Shown: positions 17,685 through 28,997 of the stretch, in pieces
How the letters are laid out: each line of letters begins with the position of its first letter
Position numbering within the stretch: position 1 is the stretch's first letter
Assembly (NCBI GenBank): GCA_002269645.1
Contig: NIVC01004165.1
Span: 1 to 57,170 of the forward strand
DNA: 57,170 nt
Source: Macrostomum lignano
Lineage: Eukaryota
Reading direction: 5' to 3'
Position numbers and translations under genes: made by a program
Notes under the pieces: model-generated
What the model was told of the DNA's origin: nothing
What the model saw: the letters and a program-made list of their open reading frames with translations, nothing else
The model's database searches: none

Positions 17685-18660
17685 CTATTTTCCGACGAAT
17701 TCCGACATTCTCTTGCCGACAAATTCCGACATTCGCTTTCGACTCATTGGGCGTTTGCCAACAAATTCCGACATCCGTTTGCCGACAAATTCCGACATCC
17801 GTTTGCCGACAAATTCCGACATTCTCTTGCTCTTGTAGTCGCGAGCCAGCTGGCGCAGCGGCAGCAGCCTCGCTAGATCGTCTTCCTCGGCACCAGGGCC
17901 GTCCAGAGCGTCGGTATCTGACAAGTTAGTTTAGGAAGAGCAGCTTTAATGAACAGTTTAGGTGAGCAGCTGAGGTTATCAGTTTAGGTGAGTGGCTATC
18001 AGTTTAGGTTATCAGTTTAGGTGAGCAGTTTAGGTTATCAGTTTAGGTGAGCAGTTTAGGTTATCAGTTTAGGTGAGCAGTTTAGGTGAGCAGTTTAGGT
18101 TATCAGTTTAGGTGAGCAGTTTAGGTTATCAGTTTAGGTGAGCAGTTTAGGTTATCAGTTTAAGTGAGCAGTTTAGGTGAGCAGTTTAGGTGAGCAGTTT
18201 AGGTGAGCAGTTTAGGTGAGCAGTTTAGGTGAGCAGTTTAGGTGAGCAGTTTAGGTGAGCAGTTTAGGTGAGCAGTTTAGGTGAGCAGTTTAGGTGAGCA
18301 GTTCACCCAGTGTGAGAGTTTGCCTCAGGGCGTGTCTGCATACAGTATTGGCGCGCTTGCATGCGCTCAGGAGCCAGCGGGATGGGCAGAAGAGCCGCAG
18401 CGCTGGTGTGGGATGATGTCCCAATGTTCCAATGTTAATTTGTTCGTACATGTATTTGTCTCTTATGATTTGTTTAAACAGAAGGCTCACCAGGAAACTC
18501 CTCGTGGAGGCGACCCGCGGAGGCGAGGGCGAAGGCGGCGGCCAAGAACAGCAGCTGCCAAACTGAAATGCCGAAATGCCAAATCCTAAACTTTATTAAC
18601 TTTATCTGCGCTTCTTCACTGCAGGATAACTCATGGAAACTCACAGAGAGACCGAGCCAT
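17685..18660 (-). CDS. Neuropeptide precursor, 5x MSEFV-amide (EFLamide/TRH-like)
   Basis: join(18660-18645, 18562-18491, 17917-17685), all GT-AG and phase 1. Product, 106 aa: MARSLFWQLLFLAAAFALASAGRLHEEFPDTDALDGPGAEEDDLARLLPLRQLARDYKSKR-MSEFVG-KR-MSEFVG-KR-MSEFVG-KR-PMSRKR-MSEFVG-KR-MSEFVG-K*. It has a signal peptide, an acidic spacer, KR cleavage sites and Gly amide donors. Confidence 0.92.
17960..18300. repeat. 13-nt minisatellite (AGTTTAGGTGAGC / AGTTTAGGTTATC), neuropeptide intron 2
   Basis: Direct tandem units. Confidence 0.95.
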
Positions 18661-18789
18661 CGAACCGGGCTGCTTCTGCTTGTATGGAAATGCAGTACAG
18701 TAAATAATGCGAGCTGAGAACTTGGCTTTTTGAGTTCGCTGAGCGGCCCGGCGGAGTCAGTGAGAGCTCCATGGTGGGAGCCTCTGCAC

Positions 18790-18865
18790 CAGCTTTTATT
18801 TTGGGACTTCGGATGGCCCCAGCCAGTCTCAGATCCCATTGGCCCGTCTCAGATCCCATTGGCCT
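18790..18865 (-). promoter_or_regulatory. Candidate neuropeptide promoter (two CCAAT boxes plus an AATAAAA TATA-like element)
   Basis: Duplicated CAGATCCCATTGGCC (CCAAT on the minus strand) at ~18830-18865, with AATAAAAG about 40 nt downstream and about 135 nt above the ATG. Position-based inference only. Confidence 0.3.
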
Positions 18866-19004
18866 CCCGCGCGCCTCATCGCATCAACATCGCAGATGCT
18901 CCCCCCCAGCCAGTTTGTCAATCAGTTTGGCACTGACCCACATTGTCAGCTGATCTGCCAGGTGACACACATTGCCAGCTGATTTGCCAGGTCACTCTGT
19001 CACT

Positions 19005-19730
19005 TACTCCCATTCACTGTCACTCACTCACATTCACTGTCACTCACTCACATTCACTGTCACTCACTCACATTCACTGTCACTCACTCACATTCACTGT
19101 CACTCACTCACATTTACTGTCACTCACTCACATTCACTGTCACTCACTCACATTCACTGTCACTCACTCACATTTACTGTCACTCACTCACATTCACTGT
19201 CACTCACTCACATTCACTGTCACTCACTCACATTCACTGTCACTCACTCACATTCACTGTAACTAACTCCCATTCACTGTCACTCACTCACATTCACTGT
19301 CACTCACTCACATTCACTGTCACTCACTCACATTCACTGTCACTCACTCACATTCACTGTCAATCACTCCCATTCACTGTCACTCACTCACATTCACTGT
19401 CACTCACTCACATTCACTGTCACTCACTCCCATTCACTGTCACTCACTCCCATTCGCTGTCACTCACTCCCATTCGCTGTCACTCACTCCCATTCGCTGT
19501 CACTCACTCCCATTCACTGTCACTCACTCCCATTCACTGTCACTCACTCCCGTTCACTGTCACTCACTCCTGTTCACTGTCACTCACTCCCATTAACTGT
19601 CACTCACTCACATTCACTGTCACTCACTCCCATTCACTGTCACTCACTCCCGTTCACTGTCACTCACTCCCATTCACTGTCACTCACTCCCATTAACTGT
19701 CACTCACTCCCATTCACTGTCACTCACTCT
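19005..19730. repeat. 20-nt minisatellite (CACTCACTCACATTCACTGT)
   Basis: Direct tandem units. Confidence 0.96.
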
Positions 19731-19988
19731 CGCATCAGGTTGGCTATGAGCCCCTCTGTCACTGCATATAAATATAAAAGTATTAGTTCGATATCATTAT
19801 TAGATGAACAATTGGCACATATCATACTCAAGTAAAATACTTATTAAGCTTAATGCGAGTCAAGGGCTTTGATCGTGCGACGCGCAAGTAAAATTTTGAG
19901 TAAGATCCGAGTAAGACTCTAGTAATATTCAGTAATATGAAGCAACAGCTGCACAAGTAAGACAGGAGTCAGACCCAAGCCAAGGCAG

Positions 19989-22475
19989 TCACTCCCGCCC
20001 CAGCAGGTTCTCCTCCGGCGCCCCCTCGTCTCCGTCTGTCTGGCGGATGGCGTCGAAGAGATTCAGCGGCGAGCTGAGCTGCGTCAGCAGGCCGGCCACG
20101 GTGGCGAAGGAGGCGACATTCAGCCAGGTGAGGCCCCACAGCAGGCCGGTGAAGTAGGGGGGCCAGCAGGGCGGCTGGCGGCCGGCCGCGGTGACCAGGA
20201 AGTGCGCCACGTTGGCGCAGAGGCAGCCGAAGCTGCCGGCCTGCAGCAGCGGCGACACGGCGCGGTTGACAGCGCCGGCCAGCCAGTTGTCGGTGGCGCC
20301 GCCGGCCGACCAGAGGCAGGCGCAGACGAAGCAGGCGTTCTCCGCGCACAGCGTGATGACGTAACCGCTGCTGGCGCTGGACTCGCAATGGAGCGCCAGG
20401 TACATGAACTGCACTGCGTAGCGGGGCGGGGTGGGTGTGAATGAAGGCCATTGGGTGTGAATGAAGGCCATCGGGTGTGAATGAGGGCCATCGGGTGTGA
20501 ATGAGGGCCATCGGGTGTGAATGAAGGCCATCGGGTGTGAATGAAGGCCATCGGGTGTGAATGAAGGCCATCGGGTGTGAATGAAGGCCATTGGGTGTGA
20601 ATGAAGGCCATCGGGTGTGAATGAGGGCCATCGGGTGTGATTGAAGACCATCGGGTGTGAATGAAGGCCATCGGGTGTGAATGAAGGCCATCGGGTGTGA
20701 ATGAAGGCCATTGGGTGTGAATGAGGGCCATCAGGTGTGAATGAGGGCCATTGGGTGTGAATGAGGGCCATCGGGTGTGAATTATGGTCATTGGGTGTGA
20801 ATGATAGCCATTGGGTGTGAATGATGGTCATTGGGTGTGAATGATAGCCATTGGGTGTGAATGATGGTCATTGGGTGTGAATGATGGTCATTGGGTGTGA
20901 ATGATGGTCATTGGGTGTGAACTATGGTCATTGGGTGTGAATGACGGTCATTGGGTGTGAATGATGGTCATTGGATGTGAATGACGGTCATTGGGTATGA
21001 ATGATGGTCATTGGATGTGAATGATGGTCATTGGGTGTGAATGATAGCCATTGGGTGTGAATGATGGTCATTGGGTGTGAATGATGGTCATTGGGTGTGA
21101 ATGATGGTCATTGGGTGTGAATGACGGTCATTGGGTGTGAATGATGGTCATTGGGTGTGAATGATGGTCATTGGGTGTGAATGATGGTCATTGGGTGTGA
21201 ATGATGGTCATTGGATGTGAATGACGGTCATTGGGTGTGAACGATGGTCATGGGTGTGAATGACGGTCATTGGGTGTGAATGATGGTCATTGGGTGTGAA
21301 TGATGGTCATTGGGTGTGAATGATGGTCATTGGGTGTGAATGATGGTCATTGGGTGTGAATGATGGTCATTGGGTGTGAATGCGCGCAGATGTACAAGCG
21401 CACAGTGGCGGAAGCACTCAAAGTCATATCCTGATATTTTCACTAAGTTATTCCATCTGCTATAAAAACGACTTGTTAGCAGAGTGACAGCAGTTGAGTT
21501 GCTATGCCAGCTAATTCTTACACAGGCGTTTCACGCACCCATCCCAGGCGTCCCTCAACAGCAATGACAAGAAAGCCAGGAAATGCTTCAGTGACAAAGA
21601 AACACGTTTTGGGATCGATTCCGCTGGCAGCCCGTCACGTGACAGAACTCCAATGTCAGACTCAAGCTACGCATAACCTGCCACGGGCCCTGAAGTGCAG
21701 CAGCTGCTTGAGCAAATTGCTGAGCAAAGCATCGGAGTGTTTGGTTAGTGATGAGCGCTCCGGCATCCGCACCCCGGCCGAGGGGGACCAGGCGGGTAGC
21801 GGCAAGAAGAAAGTATTCTTACATTAAACAAGCACCAAATCTAAGCTGCTTTTGAGTGTGCCATGCACTTTAGCCAGGTTAATGCAAATTGTATTCACCT
21901 GTTAGACTGGGGAATTTACCTGTTAGACTGGGGAATTTACCTGTTAGACTGGAGAGTTTACCTGTTAGACTGGAGAATTTACCTGTTAGACTGGCAAATT
22001 TACCTGTTAGACTGGGGAATTTACCCCCCCCCTGTTAGACTGGAGAGTTTACCTGTTAGACTGGAGAATTTACCTGTTAGACTGGAGAATTTACCTGTTA
22101 GACTGGGGAATTTACCTGTTAGACTGGGGAATTTACCTGTTAGACTGGGGAATTTACCTGTTAGACTGGGGAATTTACCTGTTAGTCTGGAGAATTTACC
22201 TGTTAGACTGGGGAATTTACCTGTTAGACTGGAGAATTTACCTGTTAGACTCGGAAATTTACCTGTTAGACTGGGGCATTTAAAGAGGCTCGGTCCGGAA
22301 CCGCAGCAATGTCCCGTCACTCACCCACCAGGACGGCCAGCACTCTGTAGAGCACGCTGGTCAGAAGCACGGCCAGCAGCAGCGAGTACTGGCGCACGAG
22401 GCGGATGTCCTGCTGGGCGCGGCTCCGGTAGCCCGGCCTCGGCTCAGTCAGATGCTTGATCACGGTGGAATGCAT
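19989..22475 (-). CDS. Uncharacterised multipass membrane protein (~191 aa, 2 exons)
   Basis: join(22475-22325, 20413-19989), phase 1: MHSTVIKHL...QYSLLLAVLLTSVLYRVLAVLV|VQFMYLALHC...YFTGLLWGLTWLNVASFATVAGLL...*. A hydrophobic helix runs continuously across the junction. Family not recognised. Confidence 0.7.
20430..21385. repeat. 20-nt minisatellite (GGGTGTGAATGAAGGCCATC grading into GGGTGTGAATGATGGTCATT)
   Basis: Direct tandem units with a polarised change of variant along the array. Confidence 0.96.
21895..22275. repeat. 21-nt minisatellite (TACCTGTTAGACTGGGGAATT)
   Basis: Direct tandem units. Confidence 0.95.
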
Positions 22476-22494
22476 GATCCCGGATGTGCTGATT

Positions 22495-23190
22495 CAGGTC
22501 ACCGGATGTTGCTGTCACGGTCACCGGATGTTGCTGTCACGGTCACCGGATGTTGCTGTCACGGCCACCGGATGTTGCTGTCACGGTCACCGGATGTTGG
22601 TGTCACGGCCACCGGAAGTTGTTGTCACGGTCACCGGATGTTGCTGTCACGGTCACCGGATGTTGCTGTCACGGTCACCAGATAATTGCTCTGTTCTCTC
22701 TTATGATGTTTTTTCAGTTTATCAAATATTTTGACAATGAAGTGAGCACTGACGAATCACCCAAAAGTACTTTAGTCCAGTGACTTCAAAACATTAACAA
22801 AAAATGTTTTTAAATCGACTCTATGGTAGAGGGGCTGGCAATTTTTTCGGGAACACAGAATTTTAATGCAATTTAAACGCGAAATAGCACTCAAAGAAAG
22901 GAGCTCTGGGCTGTGATGATCTTGTCTAGCTTCGAGCTTGTGAAGCCTCGAGCTTGTGAAGCTTCGAGCTTGTGAAGCTTCGAGCTTGTGAAGCCTCGAG
23001 CTTGTGAAGATTCGAGCTTGTGAAGCCTCGAGCTTGTGAAGCTTCGAGCTTGTGAAGCTTCGAGCTTGTGAAGCCTCGAGCTTGTGAAGATTCGAGCTTG
23101 TGAAGCCTCGAGCTTGTGAAGATTCGAGCTTGTGAAGCCTCGAGCTTGTGAAGATTCGAGCTTGTGTGAAGTTTCGAGCTTGTGAAGCTT
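22495..23190. repeat. Two arrays: 22-nt (GGTCACCGGATGTTGCTGTCAC, 22495-22680) and 16-nt (AGCTTGTGAAGCCTCG, 22930-23190)
   Basis: Direct tandem units. Confidence 0.9.
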
Positions 23191-23429
23191 CAATCTTGCA
23201 AATGAATGAATGAAAGACGCAACCGACTGGAGTTCCATATCAAAGATCCGCCGGTTCAAGGCGAGAAAAAGAGGCTGGATGGCCTGGGGCGCAACTCTGC
23301 AACCATTGAGGACATTGCTTCAGTGACCCAGGATTGCAGCATCTTCCGTAGCTGCAGATTACCACAGACAATATCGGGTCGACCCCCAGTCTCGGAAACT
23401 GCAGCGGCATCTTGCTGTTCTGCAGGCAC

Positions 23430-24100
23430 TTTCTATTTATAGATGTGGCTGTTCCACCCGTCACTGGTGGGACTGGGGACATTTCTATTTATAGACGTGG
23501 CTGTTCCACCCGTCACTGGTGGGACTGGGGACATTTCTATTTATAGACGTGGCTGTTCCACCCGTCACTGGTGGGACTGGGGACATTTCTATTTATAGAC
23601 GTGGCTGTTCCACCCGTCACTGGTGGGACTGGGGACATTTCTATTTATAGACGTGGCTGTTCCACCCGTCACTGGTGGGACTGGGGACATTTCTATTTAT
23701 AGACGTGGCTGTTCCACCCGTCACTGGTGGGACTGGGGACATTTCTATTTATAGACGTGGCTGTTCCACCCGTCACTAGTGGGACTGGGGACATTTCTAT
23801 TTATAGACGTGGCTGTTCCACCCGTCACTGGTGGGACTGGGGACATTTCTATTTATAGACGTGGCTGTTCCACCCGTCACTGGTGGGACTGGGGACATTT
23901 CTATTTATAGACGTGGCTGTTCCACCCGTCCACTAGTAAGACTGGGGACATTTCTATTTATAGACGTGGCTGTTCCGCCCGTCACTAGTGGGACTGGGGA
24001 CATTTCTATTTATAAACGTGGCTGTTCCACCCGTCCACTAGTGGGACTGGGGACATTTCTATTTATAAACGTGGCTGTTCCACCCGTCCACTAGTAAGAC
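23430..24100. repeat. 52-nt tandem repeat, ~13 near-identical copies
   Basis: TCTATTTATAGACGTGGCTGTTCCACCCGTCACTGGTGGGACTGGGGACATT repeated with no unique spacers. Confidence 0.95.
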
Positions 24101-24399
24101 TGGGAACAGGCCAGAACGGCACTTTCAGCCTGTTGAATCAAAGGACCAAGTGTACTCAGAGGATTACCGCATGTAAATTTTTTAATTCCAATTTATTTGA
24201 AGGCCTAATTTTGATTCAATTAACTTGGATTCTGTTTTCAACAACCAACTGAACATTTTGCACATTTCTGATTGAAGGTTGGTTTTACAATCTTTACAGT
24301 TTTTCTATGGGTCGGGAGAAGCTCGCAAGCAAGCAGATTGGTTAGTTGACTCAATAGTTGGCCCTCATGCCTGTGAATTGCACGACAAGCCCAAATGAA

Positions 24400-24470
24400 T
24401 GCGGCACGGAATCGAACCCAAGGGGCTCGTGGCGCGAGACCCAGACTGTTCACCGCTGAGCTGCGCCACC
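24400..24470 (-). other. tRNA-like segment (possible tRNA-Ala-derived SINE head or pseudo-tRNA)
   Basis: GTGGCGC-AGCTCAGCGG (A box) ... GGTTCGATTCC (B box) GTGCCGCA. A 7-bp acceptor stem can form, but U8 is missing and the T-stem and anticodon stem are broken. Confidence 0.45.
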
Positions 24471-24924
24471 GAAACCCGGGCCCTAAGAGACTGGGAGATG
24501 AAGAGGGCGGCCCAGTGCTGCATCGTCCCACGCTGCATGCTGCTCAGCTGGCCGTGAGTACCCGTGAAGGACCTCGGACCCCATCCGTTGCAGCGAACTC
24601 AACAACCGGCTGGACCCGAAGTGTCTCCACGCGATCATCCAAGGCATCAATAAGCGGCTCGGACCAGCTGCAGACAAGCAGCAATTGTCTCAGGTGTCGC
24701 TGGAAAGCACTCGGCTTGAGCTGTTTACACACCGCGATGAAGATGAGCTCCACCGCCGGATCTGCCTAATTAATTGGATGTCCTTCTCACCTGCTCGCTT
24801 GAAGCAAATTGGCTCTGTTGTTAACGGGCTGTGGGAACAGGCGGAGTGGCAGACACAGACTGCAGTGAGAATTGAAGGAGTCTGGGCAGCGGTTGGTGAG
24901 AAAATGAAGGGTGAGTAGACAGAA

Positions 24925-25985
24925 TGAAGAGTGAGAGACACAATGGAGGGTGAGAGACACAATGGAGGTGAGAGACACAATGGTGAGAGACACAATGGAG
25001 GGTGAGAGACACAATGGAGGGTGAGAGACACAATGAAGGGTGAGAGACACAATGGTGAGAGACACAATGGAGGGTGAGAGACACAATGGAGGGTGAGAGA
25101 CACAATGGAGGGTGAGAGACACAATGGAGGGTGAGAGACGCAATGAAGAGTGAGAGACACAATGGAGGGTGAGAGACACAATGGAGGGTGAGAGACACAA
25201 TGAAGGGTGAGAGACACAATGGAGGGTGAGAGACACAATGGAGGGTGAGAGACACAATGGAGAGTGAGAGACGCAATGAAGAGTGAGAGACAATCAAGGG
25301 TGAGAGACGCAATGAAGGGCGAGAGACACAATGGAGGGTGAGAGACACAATGGAGGGTGAGAGACACAATAAAGGGTGAGAGACACAATGGAGGGTGAGA
25401 GACACAATAAAGGGTGAGAGACACAATAAAGGGTGAGGGACACAATGGAGGGTGAGAGACACTATGGATGGTGAGAGACGCAATGAAGAGTGAGAGACAC
25501 AATGGAGGGTGAGAGACGCAATGAAGAGTGAGAGACACAATGAAGGGTGAGAGACACAATGAAGAGTGAGAGACACAATGGAGGGTGAGAGACACAATGG
25601 AGGGTGAGAGACACAATGAAGGGTGAGAGACACAATGGTGAGAGACACAATGGAGGGTGAGAGACACAATGGAGGGTGAGAGACGCAATAAAGGGCGAGA
25701 GACACAATGGAGGGTGAGAGACACAATAAAGGGCGAGAGACACAATGGAGGGTGAGAGACACAATCAAGGGTGAGAGACACAATGAAGGGCGAGAGACGC
25801 AATGAAGGGCGGGAGACACAAACTGAAAGCTGAGACACAGCGCACATGAAAGGCCAGACGCAATGAAGGGCGGGAGACACAAACTGAAAGCTGAGACACA
25901 GCGCACATGAAAGGTCAGACACAATGAAGGGCGGGAGACACAAACTGAAAGCTGAGACACAGCGCACATGAAAGGCCAGACACAA
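24925..25985. repeat. 19-nt minisatellite (GAGAGACACAATGGAGGGT), ending in ~3 longer composite units
   Basis: Direct tandem units. Confidence 0.95.
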
Positions 25986-26310
25986 AGCCGGCCGCAGCCC
26001 CCGCAGCCGGAAAAGTTTTCCAGGCAAGCAAATTCAGTTCAGTGGCAATTGTTGAGAAAAGTTTTTCGAAAAAAGACAAATTGCGGCAAAAGTCACGCGA
26101 AGAGGTGTGCCTCCCGCGCCGCTGCCCGCTGGAGCTGGCGGCGCCGCGCCCGTGAGAACGGCGCAGCCGCAGCCCGGCCCGCTTATCTCCCAGAGGCTTT
26201 AAAACAGGCGGCGACCGCAGTAGCGCGGCTTTCTCCAAAATCGAGTCGGTCTCTGAGTGACGCCTGCAATTTCCCAGTCTCCGTCACCAACCAGAAAAGC
26301 AACTGCAGAT

Positions 26311-28803
26311 ATGCTGATGCTGAAGGCGGCCTGCCTGCTGCTCCTGGCGGCAGTCGGCAGCGTCCACGGCCAGTGCGGCTGCACGCCCAACGTGAGTTTT
26401 GGCCAGGCTTTTGAGTTGCTTCGTCCAATTTCTTGAGGTATTGTGCAAAGTGTTTTGCCTCATCTCGACTTTGTTGTACTCGAATTTGAGTTTTTACAGC
26501 CCGAAACTGCGGGTCAGAAAAGTTTTGAAATAATAATTGTCTGGAAAAGTACAGCAATTTAATAATTATACATATATGTAGCTAAGCTTTGCACACAAAA
26601 TGTCTCCCCGGACAAGATGTCTCCCCGGACAAGATGTCTCCCCGGACAAAATGTCTCCCCGGACAAAATGTCTCCCCGGACAAGATGTCTCCCCGGACAA
26701 AATGTCTCCGCGGACAAGATGTCTCCCCGGACAAATTGTCTCCCCGGACAAAATGTCTCCCCGGACAAAATGTCTCCCTGGACAAAATGTCTCCCCGGAC
26801 AAAATGTCTCCCCGGACAAAATGTCTCCCTGGACAAAATGTCTCCCCGGACAAAATGTCTCCCCGGACAAAATGTCTCCCTGGACAAAATGTCTCCTCAG
26901 TCAAAAATACTCTCCGGACAAGACTTCACGGACAAACTCTTTGGCAAAAAATTCCCTGAATACTAACCTGAGCCCTTGGGAATCTGAGCCGCCAGTCCCG
27001 CTGCCGTCACCGCGCTGCCACCCCTCCCGCGCCCCCGCAGGCGCCGTTGAGCTACGAGGACCTGAAGGAGGGCCCCATCGGCGACATGATTCTCACGACG
27101 GAGCAGAAGCTCGGCATGCTCGGCGTGAGTGCTCGCGTTTATTTTTTGCTAAAATTGGTTCTGGGGATAAGGTCCCGGTTTCGAATCCAATACTATAGAG
27201 GCGTCCATGGTTCGAATGCTTAAGCCGTTGAATGCCTCAAAGTCAGTTTCTATTAGAAAAATTGGATTGCCGTAAATTGGACTGATTGCGCTCTGAAGTC
27301 CAGCAGGTACTCTAGTTAAGCAACCAAGTGCTGGGCTTAGGCTGAGGACTCAACAGGTTTGCCTTCATCTTGCAGCTGAGGAACGCCCAGACGAACATCT
27401 GGCCCAGGCGCACCCTGGTGTACAGCATCGGCAGCCACATGAGCGGTGAGTTGCGATCGAGGGTTCGAATTTCCGGTTTGCAATAACTCTGCCTTCTGTC
27501 CGGTAAAAGTGCATCCCGGGGCGGCGACGCATTGCAGGCAACGCCAACACCATCGTGGCAGCGCTGCGGTACATCGAGCAGATGACCAACTACTGCGTGT
27601 CCTTCAAGCAGCGCACCAACGAGTACAGCTACGTCTATGTCACCAATGGCGCCGGGTGAGTCTGGTAGGCAGTTGCCATGGCAACACTGACTGCTGGTTT
27701 GAACTCTGGTCATGCAAATTGTTGTCATGGCAACACTGACTGCCGGATTGAACTTTGATTATGCATTGTTGCCATGGCAACACTGACTGCCGGTTCGAAC
27801 TCTGATTGTGCATTATTGCCGTGGCAACACACTACCGTTTATAAATTTACCTCGTTGCTTTGGCACTCTGGGTAGCAAATCTCTGATTTAAGAATGGCGG
27901 GCTGTTGCCATGGAAACAGTGCTGTATGAACTCTGCCTGAACAAGATAGCCAGCTACCATGGCAACGCTGTTACGCGAAATCTGATTGAGCCAGAGAGTC
28001 TGTTGCTATGGAAACTGAAAAAAATGCTGTCGCTTGGCAACTGGCGAACACCCACCCGCAGCTGCTCCTCCTACGTGGGCTACCTGAACCGCGGTCGCCA
28101 GAACCTGTCGCTGGACAACGGCTGCTTCACCCGCGGCACCATCGTGCACGAGTTCATGCACGCCCTCGGCTTCCACCACGAGCAGACGCGCACGGACCGC
28201 GACAGCTACCTCATCATCGACTGGGCCAACATCCTGACCGGTGAGGGACCGGGTGGAAAAGGCGTGGGAGAGGGTGGGAAAGAGGGGTGGGAGATGATTA
28301 AAAAGAGGGGTAGGAGAGGGTAAGAAAAAAGGGTGGGAGAGGGTGGGAAAGAGGGGTGGGAGGGTGGGACAGAGGGGTGGGAGAGAGGGTGAAAAAGAAG
28401 GGTGGGAGATGGTTAGATTGAGGGGTGGGAAAAAGGGTGGGAGAGGGTAATTCTATCGAAGTTCATACAGCGATTTATGAACTAATAGCAAAGAATATAA
28501 AATTTATTGTACCGCTGAGCTTCAATTAATGCCCCCAAAGTCTACTGCAAGTAGAAATATGCGAATTTCCAACATGGAACACCCGCAGCCTACTGCTCGG
28601 CCTACTACAAGTACAGGGGCAACGTGTTCGGCACCTCCTACGACTACAAGAGCTGCATGCAGTACCCGTCCACCGGCTTCGCCTGCCGCCCTGGCGTCCA
28701 CGTGATGCGGCGTCGGGACAACGGCGGCACCGACCTGGGCGACTATTACAACATGTCGGCCAACGACGCCTACAGGATCCGCAAGGCCTACGGCTGCGCC
28801 TAA
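26311..28803 (+). CDS. Secreted astacin-family (M12A) zinc metalloprotease, catalytic domain only
   Basis: join(26311-26391, 27041-27124, 27376-27445, 27538-27655, 28062-28240, 28589-28803). Signal peptide MLMLKAACLLLLAAVGSVHG; prodomain GDMILT; RNA..WP; GCSSYVG; HEFMHALGFHHEQTRTDRD; Met-turn YDYKSCMQY; terminal YGC. AATAAA at ~28842. Confidence 0.96.
26595..26900. repeat. 17-nt minisatellite (AAAATGTCTCCCCGGAC), astacin intron 1
   Basis: Direct tandem units. Confidence 0.95.
27672..28015. promoter_or_regulatory. Cluster of 7-8 RFX X-box motifs in astacin intron 4
   Basis: GTTGCCATGGCAAC (27672, 27768), GTTGTCATGGCAAC (27721), ATTGCCGTGGCAAC (27815), GTTGCCATGGAAAC (27904), GCTACCATGGCAAC (27953), GTTGCTATGGAAAC (28002), and a degenerate site at 27854. 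Confidence 0.7.
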
Positions 28804-28997
28804 GCTGCAAATATCGGCACTCACTACGAGCTATCCTGTGAAATAAAGTTGTTGAGGTGGCGGTTGTCAGTCACGTGACCGATGTTTTAATCTTGCGGAC
28901 ATCCCGTCTTTACTTTTGAACTTAATGTAGCTGTTTCTCTGCTGAGGTTTACATCCAGCTGTATCAGAACATGTAGGATTCTGTCGGTATCACTTCA

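Noticed and set aside
17685-17830. Tachykinin-type FxGxR-amide reading of FVGKR
   Set aside because: No Gly follows the Arg; GKR is the amidation and cleavage signal, so the product is MSEFV-amide.
17960-18300. Interstitial telomere (TTAGG)
   Set aside because: TTAGG is only part of a 13-nt unit and is not itself tandem.
23430-24100. CRISPR-like array
   Set aside because: Units are contiguous with no unique spacers, there are no cas genes, and the context is eukaryotic.
24400-24470. Functional tRNA gene
   Set aside because: U8 is missing and the T-stem and anticodon stem are broken; kept only as tRNA-like.
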